DNA of 64,000 nt from Mantamonas sphyraenae STR306 (lineage: Eukaryota; Protista; CRuMs). Below are positions 24,393 to 37,000 of this stretch, one piece after another (within the stretch, counting starts at the first letter, position 1; every line of letters begins with the position of its first letter). The notes under the pieces are model-generated. The model ran no database searches, was not told the origin of the DNA, and was given only the letters and a program-made list of their open reading frames with translations. The stretch covers positions 1 through 64,000 of the forward strand of contig JAPMXV010000010.1 in assembly GCA_026936335.1 (NCBI GenBank), read 5' to 3'. Position numbers and translations under genes: made by a program.

Positions 24393-25986
24393 TAAACTCC
24401 TTCATCGCACTGTGGCCACTCGGTCGGCACAGCAACATCCTCGCATGCGGATTCTCAAACAGTAAACAGTGCAGATCACGTGCGTACGCCACTGCCTTGC
24501 TAAACTGCTCCGTACTTGCAAACCCCCTGTACATCACGGCCTTTTCGTGTCCGATGCGGTTGCGCTCGCGTTCCCACAGGTTGATCTGCGTCTTGACTGC
24601 CACTGGCACCTTTGACTTGCGCTTGTGCGTGCGTGGGTGCGACCGTTCTGTCAGATAGTTGATGATATGCCGTGCCTCGATGCCGTTGCGCAGTGCCTGC
24701 GTCACGCTGTCCCGAGTCAAGATCCCAACCAGCATGTTCGGAAGCGAATACTGCACAAACACAAACAGCTGCAGCACCACGCGGTCGATGTCTGTGCAAT
24801 CGTACGCGAAAACCTTGTAGTTCGACTCCACAATGATGTTGCCCAGTCCTGCACGCTGGGTCAGCACCGTTTGCGACCCTCCTTGCTTGGCACTTGCGCT
24901 CGCCATGTAGATTGCTAGTTGAGTCGGATAAAACTCGGCCAGTCCCATGCTCGGCGGGCGCGTACACAATGCCAATCGAGTTGAGGTCCGCCAACATCGC
25001 CTGCTGCGTGCTTGTCAGAAACGTCGCCGAGTACGCCTTGCCGAGCGTCATAAATGACAGCTGGAACAGGAACGAAATGATGTCCGACGGCTCCAGCCCT
25101 CGTTCACGTGCCGTTTCTATGTACACCACCATGAACCGCCAGATCTGGCTGTACGGGTTCTGCAGCAGGAACCGAGCCCCGGCACCCGTGATGCTCGCCT
25201 TTCCCGAACGATTCTGCTTCATCAGGCCCGTGCTCACCAGCAAATTCTGCATGTCTGCGTTGATCTCACCGCTTCCCTGTGTCGCGTCCCCAACAATAAA
25301 GTGCAGGATGTTGTCCCACCCGTTCCTGGCGTGCTCCTCCAACCTCTGCACATCCACCTTTTCCTCCGCCTGCGACTTGATCGGCTCCAGGCCAGTGATG
25401 CCCCTGTCCGTAACGCCCCGTCCGCGTTAGTTTCCCACCTCCATCCCCTCATCTCCCCCTCTTCCACCATTCTCGTCGCCGTCTGCCACAACCTACCGAC
25501 CACACAACGCATCAGCCAGATTTCCCTGGAACGTCGGGTCCAGAATCAGCATCGGATCGCCCGCCACATCCAATGACGACGACGACGACGACGACGAAGA
25601 CGACGACGAAGCCTCTGTGTTCTCTCCTGCCTTGAGCATGATGCGCAAGTCGTACAGCGCGCGCATGGCCTTTTCATGATAATACACCGCCACGTTGGAC
25701 GCCTTGACCCACGTCATTAGCGTCGAAGCAGCCACAGGTTTCCTCACAAACAGCAACCGCATAACCACTTGCTTTGCCAGCGGGGGCAGATTCCTGTGTC
25801 ATCGTCGCCACGTGCGCGTACCGCGTGTCAACACTCACACCACCGCGCACGGTGCTCGAGCACAACCCACTTCCACCCATCCACATACCGAAAGACTGCC
25901 TGACAAGTCCATGGACTCTCATAGTACGCCTTCAACGTCACCTGTGGCAGTGCCCCAAGATACTCAAAAACGTCACCGGAATCCAT
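24379..25986 (-). CDS. GTF2H4: TFIIH core subunit p52/Tfb2
   Basis: TCQAVFR|NLPPLAKQ, WDNILHFIVG, FYPTQLA, IIVESNYKVFAY, QINLWERERNR. Two GT-AG introns; +1 frame break near 24935-24960. Confidence 0.92.
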
Positions 25987-26039
25987 TGCCTCGCTCGTCG
26001 CTCGTCGCGGCTCGCCACTCCACTCCACTCCATCACCCG

Positions 26040-29000
26040 TCACCCCTTGCTTCCCGAACGCACACTCATCGAACGCAAAATCCCACCACTCGAACTGCCT
26101 CCTTCCGGCTCCTGCTCGTACTTCTTGCTGCGCAACACCAGGTATTCGTCGTCCAGCACCTTTGTCGCCCGGATGTACACCTGGATGCTCGTCACGTGCA
26201 CCAGGTTGAACGGCACCTGCTGCACCTGCTGGATCTGTCGAATCACACGTGCAATCGACGTGTACTTGTCAAAGTTGATCACGCCCCCATCCAGCGTGCT
26301 CGGTTCGTTGTCGTTGATGGCCAGCAGGTCGTCCAGCGCAATCCAAATCACAGGCAGCACAGGCGGCAAGTGCATACCCAACTCTCGACGGTACACCGCA
26401 TAGTCGTTGTCTGGCCGTGTCAACTGCTTCACATTCGCCAGCAGAGCGCGCGATTTTTTCGGCAGGCCGCCCCACGATGCCTTCATCGACTCCAAAGCTG
26501 GGTGTTCAAACGCTGCCACAATGTTGAACAGTCCGCTGTAGTTCTTCAGCTCCATGCACGTCGCCGCAACAGACACAAAGAACGCGAGCATGGCTGCACG
26601 CTCTTTCACGTTGTCACACCGCACCACCTCGCTTGCCACCCACCGCGTCATAAACTCGCGCCACTGCATGCAATCAATCACATGCGGCGACAGCTCTGCG
26701 TCCCCTCGCTCCGCCTCGTGGTTGATGTACAGAAACTCACGCGACTCAATCTTCTTGAACACCGCATACTCCATCAACGTCAACTGCCGTGCAACCTCCT
26801 CCGGGTGCAAATCCCGCAGCGTAAACGAGCTCGACGTCGGTGCGTGCGGCTTCGGCGGAATCACATAGTTCTCCATCGCAATGTCGCTGTTCAGAAAGCG
26901 GAACAACACCTCCGAGTTGCGAAACACCTTGTGAAGCGTCACTGACCGCATAAACTCCTCCAGGCCCTTGCGTCGCTGTTCCACAAAGTCCTTCTTGAAT
27001 CGTCCAAACGCCTTCTTCTCCGGCAGTGGCGGCACCGTCGAATCCGGGTACGTCACAAGCAGCTCCTGGTACAGGGCATCAAACTCGTTGTACCTGCGCC
27101 GCACGTTGATCACCTCGCTCGGGTAGGTCGGAATCGTCGTGCGCCCAGACACTTCGTATGTGATGTACGGCCGCACTCCGTCGTCCGTCTTTTGAGGATC
27201 CGCAACCACAATGCTCAGGAAGCGTCCGTCGGGCTCTTCCTCCACGCTGTTTTCATACTCCAGCGTCTTCTTGCGCACCACCTGCAGGATGGCCTGTGAC
27301 GGCGCTTCGCCCATCGTGTCCACCATCCTTTCCGTCACAAACGCGTTCAGCGCCTGCATCAGCGACTTGTCCTCAGCAAAGTCGTAAAAGTACTTTTCCA
27401 CCCACACTTTCAGCACCTCCACCACCTTTTGACGGATCACTCGACGCGTCTGCAGGAACGCCTCCACGTCCGACGCCGTCGCTGTCTCCATTTGGAAGCC
27501 TGCCTCGAAGCGGTCCAGCATCTTTTGCAAGAAAACCGCCGGGGTGGTAAACGCGCGGAAGGTCACCAGCAGCGCCAGCACAAAGTCTGGATCGGTGTGT
27601 GTCGTCGTCGTTGCAATGGCGATCAGCTTGTCGATGTGGTCCAGAGAGTCCTCTCCCTCGTCACTCGAGCTCGAGCTCGTTGAGCTGGGAATCAGCAGCG
27701 ACTTGCGCGCTCCTCCGTCCTCCCCAAAGCTGAGGTTGTTTGTGGCCGGCATGAACGCTCCGTGCACGCCCTCCAGACCTGACAGCACACCGCCGGGGCT
27801 GGTCACGCGTTGCTTGCCTGCCCTGCGCTTCGCCGCCGTCGTGCCACGCCCTTGCGCAATGTTGAACGTCTGGTACTGCGGCTCGTCGGAGCCCATTGCG
27901 CTGTCCTCGTCCAGATTCTGGATGCGCAGGAGACGTTGAAGCACCGTGTCAAACCCTGGTCGCTCGCTCGGCTCGTAGGCCATGCACGACACCGCCAGGT
28001 TGATCACAGCCGACGGGCAGTCTTGCGGCGCGGCGTCGCGCAGCGTGTTGATGTTCAGCACACGCTGCGAGTCTTCCTTGTTGCCAATAAAGAGGGAGTC
28101 GGTGACCACCGTGCGCAGGATGCTCTCCAGGATGATCAGTCCAAACGCGTACACGTCCACCTCCTTCGTCTTTGCCGCCTTGCCTTGCAGCACCTCTGGC
28201 GCCACGTAGCACGAGTTCAGCGGCTGCGTGGCCAGGGCGCTGTGCAAGCCCAGGTTGGCCAGTTTGATGCGTTTCGACTTGTCGATGCGTACGCAGCTGC
28301 TGTTCAGCTGGCCGTGGGCAATGTCCAGCGCGTGCAGGTAGGCAAAGGTGCGTGCAATAATCGTCAGGATGCGTACCAGACTTGTCCATGTCGCGTAGTC
28401 CTCTGGGTTATACCGCACCGAGGCCTCTGTGTCCACCATGCTGCTTTCCACTGCGTCCTCCTTGTCGTCCGTCGACGCCGACGTCTCGTTCTCCTTTGCG
28501 GTCGTCGACGACCCGGCTCCCGTGCGCAGCAGCACCGCACGCAGCGTCAGCCGTGGCATGTCCTCTGTGACAATGTACAGGCCCGTGCTGTGTTTGCACG
28601 CGCCCATAAACTGCAATACCCCGGCGTGGCGGATCCGCGCAAGCGTGTTGATCTCCGTTTCCAGAAACTCCAGCATGCTTGCCTCGCTGTAGTTCAGCAG
28701 CTTGCGCACACACACGTTTGTCCCAAAGTACACGCCTCGCCACAGCTGCGTTACCTTGCGCGTCACCTTTTTCTTGGCCGCCTTGAGCGCTCCAGCTGAA
28801 GGCGACGAGCCCTCCGCCTGTGCTCCTTCTCCGGCCTCCTCCACAGAGTCACCCTTCTCCTCTCCACCCTCCGCTTCGCCTTCCTTTGCGCTGCTACTTC
28901 CTGTTTCCTCACTGATGCCTGCCTCCTCCTCGCTGCTGCTGCTGCTGCTGCTGCCGCTGCTGCTGCTTCCAGCGCTGCCATTGTTCGTGCCCTCCGCTGC

Positions 29001-30161
29001 TTGTTCTTGTTCCTCCGTTGTTGTTTCTGCCTCGCTGTTCTCGCCCAACGATTCGTATGGTACCAGGTGCTGCAAGTCATTGAAATCAATCATGGACAAC
29101 GAGTATGCTGCAATGTTGCGCTTGATCGCAAGGTCTCCGTGCTTGCCGCTGCTCACGCCAGCCATCGTCTTGCGCTTGTCCTTGCGCTCCGCACGCTCCA
29201 CCGCACGCATCACCTTCTTCAGCGCCGTCAGCAGCGCCGGAAACGTAGGTCTGTACCATAACGCGCCTTGTGTGTAAGTATGTGTGCTCACGCACCCCCG
29301 GTATCTGTGCAAACAGGTGCGTTGTGCCTCCACCTCCCAAAAAAAGCGGTCTGCTCACACCGCTCCAACTTACCGCTTCTCAGGCTCTTCGTGGAAGCAC
29401 TCGAGCACCAGCGTGATCAACTCCTCGTTGCAACCGTCGTCGACAATCTCCTCCAGCTGTGCACGTGTGATGGCAGCGTTCTCTGCGTTCGTAAAGTCGC
29501 GCTTAAAGTCCCAGGGTTGGCCTGAGATGACCTCGACGGCCACGACACCAAACGCGTACACATCGGTTGCAGTCGTGAACTGGTTGCGCATGATTTCTGG
29601 CGCAATGCTGGCGTCGCTCACGTGCTGCACCGAGATCATGCGGTCGCTTCCGCCACTGCTGCTCTTGCTGAACCCAAAGTTGGCCAGCTTGATGCCAAGC
29701 GAGTTGTCCAGCATGACGTTGGCTGACGTCAGGTCGCGGTGCAGGATGTTCAAAGAGTGCAGATACGCCATTGCCTTTGTGATTTCACACAGCATGCGCA
29801 CACGCTGCGACCACACAAGTTGCAGGTGTGCCTGTTCCAACATCCCTCGCAGCGTCCCGCCTGCCACGTACTCCATCACAATGTACACGCCTGACGAGTG
29901 TGTCGACGTGCCCATAAACTGGATGATGTTTACGTGCCGTGCACGCATCAGATTTTGCACCTCACGGCTCAGCGCAGACCGCAAGTCACGCACATTCGGC
30001 AGCTCCAGCTTCTTCACCGTCACGTCCGACCCAAAGTACGACCCCTTGTACAGCTTGCCGTACGCGCCCTGCTCGAATTCAGACACCAGTTGCAGGTCGT
30101 CAAAGTCGATGCCCCACGACTCGTGCAGGATGCCATCCTCGGCGTAGTTGTCGTTTGACAT
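26040..30161 (-). CDS. Tandem TKL-like (pseudo)kinase - REM - PX - RasGEF(CDC25) protein
   Basis: Kinase 1 (HRDLTSAN, ANFG), kinase 2 (HGQLNS), REM (TFRAFTTP...VLKVWVEKYFYDF), PX (VRRRYNEFDALY...VPPLPEK), CDC25 (EVARQLTL, INFDK). Intron about 29373-29251. Confidence 0.88.
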
Positions 30162-30352
30162 CGCTCAGTTTTGCCTCTGCCTGCGCACCAGCTCCTGCCC
30201 ACACCAGACCACTTCGCCCCCTCCCGTCTTCTCTCTCCTATCCATGCACACGCAGCTCTGACCCTGCCTCATCCTTCCAAGTGGCTCTTCCCCCTTGCTC
30301 AGCTCCGCTCGCTCCGACCTGCTCGTTCTCCCCCAGCCCATCCATCTCCGGA

Positions 30353-31183
30353 ATGATCCGCGCCGTGCTCATTATCAACAACCAAGGTGAGGTGTTCACA
30401 CACACCGTCCCACCGCCACCTTCCCTGTGCTCAAATCACCTTGCACCCCTCATGCGACCCGCCGCCCCGGCACACTGACCCACCGTCGCCTTCCCGTGCT
30501 TCCCTCCTTGTGCCCATCACCTCTCCATCCACGTCGACGCAGGCAAACCACGTCTGGACAAGTTTTACGAAGAGGGTCTCGTACGTTTCTCAACCGCGCT
30601 GCCACACGACCGTGCCCCGCTGCCAAACACGCACCCTGGCTCCGGCCAGAATGCCCTCCCGTCTCCCCGCCCGCCCCCCGCCGCTCCTTTCCGCTCTCCG
30701 CATACCGGCTCACACCTGCCGCCTCCCGCACCACACATCCCACTCGCACCATGCGCAATGTCACAGAGCGACGACGTGCGGCAGCAGATCATTGCAGAGA
30801 CGTACAAGCTGGTCGCCAAGCGGCCCGACCATGTGTGCAACTTCCTCGACGGCGGCGCCTCCTGGGACGAGGACACAAAGCTTATCTACCGCCACTACGC
30901 CACTCTGTATTTCATTTTCTGCGTCGACAGCTCCGAAAGCGAGCTCGGTATCCTCGACCTCTGCCAGGTCTTTGTCGAAGCCCTCGACAAGAGCTTTGAG
31001 AACGTTTGCGAGCTCGACCTCATTTTCCACAGCGACAAGGTGCACCAGATCATAGACGAGATTGTCATGGGTGGCCTTGTCCTCGAAACCAACCTCGGTG
31101 AAGTCATGGACAGCTTCTCTGGCGCCAAGAAAGAAGAAGAGTCCGATCCCATCAAGACCGGCTTTGGCCTCAAGCTTGGCTGA
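30353..31183 (+). CDS. AP3S: AP-3 complex sigma subunit
   Basis: MIRAVLIINNQG|KPRLDKFY...VCNFLDGG...LIYRHYATLYF...ESELGILDL...NVCELDLIFH. Introns 30387-30542 and 30581-30766. Confidence 0.93.
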
Positions 31184-31313
31184 TCAGATCAGATCGATCA
31201 TCCGCAAGGCCTCTCTCCCCTCCAAACCCCCCCTTTTGCACAAAGAAGAAAACAAGAACACACACACACAGAGCGCGTCCACTCCTTTCAAATCTCCTCC
31301 ATTCCTCATTCCC

Positions 31314-34003
31314 TCATTCCTCAAAATCATTCACGATTGTCACGCCACCCACAGAAAACTGCTCGTCGTCGCCTGCGTCATCACCCTCAAACCCGTCCAG
31401 TTCCACAGGGTGCTCCAACTCGCTCTCCAGCGCCGTCTTGAGCGAGTCGAAAAAGTCGGCAAACTCAAACTGGTCGCCGCCATCGCAACGTGCCTCGAGC
31501 ACGCGCGTGTCGTCCTTGCCCTTCAGGATGTGCAGCACAACCTGCAGCGACTCGTCACGGTCTTCCACGTGCTCGTCCTCGTCGGCCTCGTCCTCGTCCG
31601 ACGTCTCGTCGCCCACAGTCATCTGCAGCTCATACGCGTTCTTGTTCAGCGCATAGTTTGTTGTCCCCTTTGCATCTGCGTTCTTCTTGTCCTCCAGGTG
31701 CATCACCGTTGCCTCAAACATCTCCACAGCGCTCGCCTTGCTGGTCATGCGGAAAGGGTTGTCCACGTTGTCCACCACGGAAAACAGCTGCACCATGCCT
31801 GCGCTGTGCAGCTCGCTGCCCAGCGACTGCTCCAGCTCGCTCGGCAGGCCGCGGTACGCAATCTCGTCGTCGTCAAACCCGTCCACCGCAATCATGTCGT
31901 CCTCCAAGCGGTCGCCGCTCTCTGCAGTCACCTCCACCGCGTTCGGCTTCAGCGGGTCAAACGGCAGGCCTCGGAACACACCGCCATCCTCCTCGTCAAA
32001 CACAATCTTGCCGTCCTCGTCCAGCTGGAACTCAAACGCCGTGTCGCCGCCCTGCGCATATGTCGATGCCTTTTGTGCCTCGGCGTTGAACTCCTTCACC
32101 TTGTCGCCGCCGGTCGACTCGGTGCTGCCGTCCTCTGTGCTCTCGCCTGCCGTCGAGGACGAACGGGACGATGACGCTCCCTGGCGCACCGCCGTCGAAA
32201 CGGGCGCCATCGACGATGACGTGCTGCCCTTGGATGCGTCGCGGTGCACCTCGCTGCCCGAGCTGCTTGCTTCCTTCATCGACACGCCCGACGTCTCCTC
32301 CTCGTCCTCCTTTGCCGACGAGCTGCTGCTCATCTGCTCCTCCACCAGATTGCCTGCCAGGTAGTCCACCATCTGCTCGTGCGTGTAGCGCATCCACGGG
32401 TGATTCTTGATCTCGTCAAACGTCGCGCGGTTCGCCGGGTCCGGGTCCATCATGCGCGCCAGCAGGTCTGTCACGCCCGTGTAGCGTCGTTCCAGATCCT
32501 TAGGCCACGGGAACTCCCCCTTGGCCATCAACGGCCAGTTCGGGTCTTTCTCCAGGTTCGGCTTGAACGGGTAGTCGCACGCGAGCGTCACGTACAGAAG
32601 CACACCCAGCGAAAAGATGTCCGATGCAAACCCGTTGTAGCTCGCACGGCTCTGCATCCACCCAAACACCTCCGGCGCCATGTACTTGCGCGTGCCGCAG
32701 AAGCCCTTGATCGTCGCCTCGTCGTCCTCCACCTTGGTCGACAAACCGAAATCGCACAGCTTCAGGTTCCCCTCCTCGTCCAGCAGGATGTTCTCCAGCT
32801 TCAGATCGCGGTGCACCACCTTGGCCTGGTGGCAGTGCTCAAGGCCCGACATCAGCTGCCTGAAGCAGCTCTTGGCCACCTCGTTGTCGAAGCGGCGTCG
32901 GCGACGCTTGTTGTCGTTCACCTTGGAAAAGAACGCTCCGCCCTTGCACAGTTCAATCACAAGGTAAAAGTTCTTGCTGTCCGACATCACGTCCAGCAGG
33001 TTCACCACATTCTTGTGGCGCAACAGACTCATGTTGTAGATCTGCCCCCCCGCCAGCGGCCAGCGTTGTGTCAGTCTTAGTTCTCCTTGCGCCACCGCAT
33101 TGCCTCCTCACCACATTCTCTTCCGCCCACCTCCCTCTTCTCTCTCTCGTCTCCTCGTCCACTGCCTCCCACACCACACACCCCACCCTGGCCCGCCCGT
33201 TCCCACCCTTCCCACACGCCGCGGAGGCTATCTCTCGGGAATTCATCACGAGAATTCCCACCTCACCCGAACTGCACTCACCTCCTTCGTCACGTATTTC
33301 TCGTTCGCGCTCTTGTCCAGGACCTTGATGGCCACCTCCTTGCCTGTGCGCACATGCTTTGCAGGCACCACCATGCCGTATGCACCTGTATGTCCCCTAT
33401 TGCGTCAGCTACGCCCCTCCTGCGCACCTTGCCAAAAAGCTCCTGCTCGCTTCTCAATTCCCCTTCCAAAAAACTCACCCTTGCCGAGAGCACGCACTCC
33501 GTACTTGCCTGTGCCCGTTGGTATGTGTTGCGTGTGAACCCACACACCCGTTGCCGTGTCAGCAATCTCCCTCCCTTCCTCGCCCAGCCGCTACGACCGC
33601 TGCCCTCCACCCCCAAACCGCGTTTGATCTTTCGCCCCTCTTTTCCTGCGCGCACCGCCTGCCCGGCTCAAACGCGGCCTTGACACTTCCCAAACCCGCT
33701 ACCCATCGCCTCCTCACACTTTCATGCACATGTGTACACCAGTTGCACACACATACACCCTTTGCGCCACCAAAGCTGTGCCACGCTCGCAAACATCATC
33801 TTCGCAAACACACCGCTCCCGAACGCCGAAGCGTATCTCCTACTCCACCACGCTTCCAACCCTTCTGCTCACTCACCAGAGGCTGTCTCCAGAATGTCGT
33901 TCGAGTTGTGCTTGGGCTTGACGCTGTATGACCCGATGCGCACCATGTTGTCTTTCTTTGTCTGGTCGAGTTGGCGAGACGGGGGCCTCCCCATCTCGCC
34001 CAT
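31314..34003 (-). CDS. CAMK-group (SNF1/CIPK-like) Ser/Thr kinase with KA1-like C-terminal domain
   Basis: Spliced N-term LGKGAYG...VAIKVL, HRDLKLENILL, DFG, CGTRKYMAPE; C-term ARCDGGDQFEFADFF. Three upstream GTGAGT introns join in frame from ATG 34003. Confidence 0.88.
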
Positions 34004-34064
34004 CTGAAATCAACCAACCACTTCTGCATCCTGCAGTTCTGATCTTCACCACCCCGTACTCAAC

Positions 34065-37000
34065 ATGTCACCGCGTGCTCGACCCTCCGGGCTCGCCACC
34101 CCTGTCCTTCTTGTCATCTTGTGCTTCTGCATGAATTCTGTGCACACAATTTTCTCAACCCCTCTGGCCGGAGAACCGGTCATCCAGGTCACTGGCGACA
34201 ACAATGTCACCTTTACCAATGTCTATTTTCGCACCTCCGTGACTCCCAACACATGGATGGTCACAGGCACCACCAAGGCTAGCGAAGTGTTCGGCAGCAA
34301 CACGAAAGGCGCCACCGACTTTTTCCTGCGTGAGTACTCCCAGAACGCGCAGCCTATTGGCACTGCCGTACTGCAGGGAGGCACTGGAGACGATGTTGCA
34401 AACGGTGCAGACTATTACACCAGCGCACACATGGCCTCCGGCTACACCGGCACCGGCAACTTTGGTGGATCTTCGCGAACCCACGACGAACCCTTTGTCG
34501 TGCGCTACGACACCAACACGGACCTGCAGTTCACTCGCGTCATGCAGACTACGGCAGATACACGCTACCTCGCTGCACACGAACGCATTGGCTACTGGGC
34601 TGTCGGATGGACCCGTGGCAACTTTACGGGCCACACCAACGTTCACAAAGGCGGCATGGACCTCGTTCTCGCCAAGCACGGCAGCTCAAACACAGCCCCG
34701 AACCTGTACACCTTTGGAGACGCAAACGACGAGGTCGCCACCTGCATCACAGGCCATTTCAACCTCGCCGTAGGTGGCTGGACCACGGGTGCATTTGGGC
34801 ACAACAACACGAAACCAAACGCAGGCGGAAAGGACGCCCTCCTTCTGCGCATCGATGTCGACAACGGCAACGAACTGTGGCGCACCCAATTTGGCGGAAC
34901 TGGCGACGACATCGTCACCAGCGTTCACATGGCTGGTTCCAACGCAGAGCGCACCGTCGTGTGCGGCACCACAACTGCTGCCGTCGATCCCTCCACATCC
35001 TACGCTGGTGGTCCCCGCGATATTTTTGTGGCTGTCTATGACCTCGGCCTCAACCATGTCCGCAAGTTCATCCGCCACCTCGGCACCTCTGGCGACGACT
35101 GGGATCCCGTCTGTTACCAGCACCCGGGCAACACCTACGTCTATGTTGTCGGCAAGACCACCGGAAACATTCTTCCCAGCAATGACAACGTTGCCGGAAG
35201 TCCCAACACCTTTATCATTGCCCTCAACAGCCAGACCGGCGAAGCAGTCCTCCAGCGCTACCTTACCAAGGGCTTCGCCGCAGACATCCGCTCCATCACC
35301 AGCAACAGCACCCACCTCATGCTTGCTGGCGCCACCACAAACTCCATGGATGGGGTTGAACGCACCTTTACCCAAACCGCAGGTGTGCTCACCGTCATCA
35401 GCAAAGATCTCTTCCCGGCCGTTGCCACCCCGACGCCAACCCCGACGCCCCAGAGCAACGACCCCACCCCGACCCCGACCTTCAGCCCCTCCAATGATCA
35501 TCCTTCCCCGACCCCGCTGCCGTTTGCATGCTACCGCTTTCAGAATTGCAGCTCCTGCACCGCGCAGACCATCTGCGGATGGTGCGAGTCCAACAGCGAA
35601 TGCTACGAAGGCACACGTGCCGGTCCCAAGAGCCACCACGACGGAGACGCCCCTCCCACTTGCGATGTATGGCGCTATGACGTTTGCGACGACGGCGGAG
35701 CCGTTGTTGCTGGCATCGTCACCGGCGTCGTTGTCACAGGCGCTGCTCTCGGTGTAGCCAGTGCCAGCTCTGCCTCGTCTTCTGCTGGCAGCGCCAGTGG
35801 CTCTGGTGGAGGCGGCGGAGGCGCAGGAGGCGCAGGCGGAGGTCCCGCCGGCTCGGCCGCTCCGGCCACCCAGCCGGCCCCAGGCCCAGCTGTCGTCCTC
35901 TGGCTCTTGCTGGAACGGCTACAGTTTGTGGCCATCCTGCCCTTCCTCTCGGTCACCCTGCCCGAGGTCCTTGTCGGCTTTTCCAACACCTTTGCATGGA
36001 CAAACCTGGGCTTCCAGGTGCCCTGGCCCTGCCCGTCCACAGCCTCGGGCTCGGCGGCAAACACTGCTGCCGCACGTCGTCTCCTTGACATCGGTCAGTA
36101 TGCAAAGAGCACCGGATGCCCGCCCGAAGACCTTTTCGGCAGTTCCATCTTCTTCTTTGCCCTCTTTCAGACTTTGATCGCTGTCCTCGGCGCTCTGGTC
36201 TCCTTTGTCCTTCGTCTCGAGCAATTTGGCAAGCGTGATCAGCTTGCCAACAAGATCAAGCGCAAGGCACGTGGTTTCCAGATCCGCTTCAGCGCTGTCA
36301 CCTTTTTCGGTCTCACCGTCACCACCTGCTACCAGATGGCCTTTGCCGGCCCCTCTCCCGAGCAACAAGCCTCTCTTGCATTTGCAGTCATCAACTTCCT
36401 CCTTTTCTGCATCGGATTCCCTCTCTTTGTGGCCCGAGTTCTCCTGCGGGACGGCAAGGAAGTGTCCGCGCGTGCCGAGGAGAGCTTTGTTGACATCTAC
36501 GGATGCCTCTACCTGGACTTTTCCAAGGACAACTGGTTCTACGGCGTCCTCTTTGTCGTGCGACGTCTGCTCATGGCCATGACGCTCGGTTTTGGTGCAC
36601 GCTCACCCGAAGGCCAGTTTGCCGTGCTCATCATTGCCCAGGTGGTCTTTGTCGCTGCCGTCTTGCGCAAACCCTATCAAGACAAGATCCACAACTACGT
36701 GCGCATCGGTGGCTCCTTCATCGACCTGCTCTCCGTCCTCATTCTGACACACTATCTGGACCCTGCCAACGCGGGCCAGCCAGGAGCTGGCACCGCCGTC
36801 GTCGTCTTCCAGGCACTCACTCTGCTGGCCAAGCTGGCCGTATACGCCTCTGTCATGCGCATGAAGCTGCGCGCACTCTTTGTGGCCGTCTGGGAGAAGC
36901 TGCGATCCCTGTTCAAGCGTGGCGAGGCCCAAACCAGCGACGCTGAAGCAGACAACATGGAGAGCAACAAGCAGACTGACAAAGAGCAGGTGCACATCGA

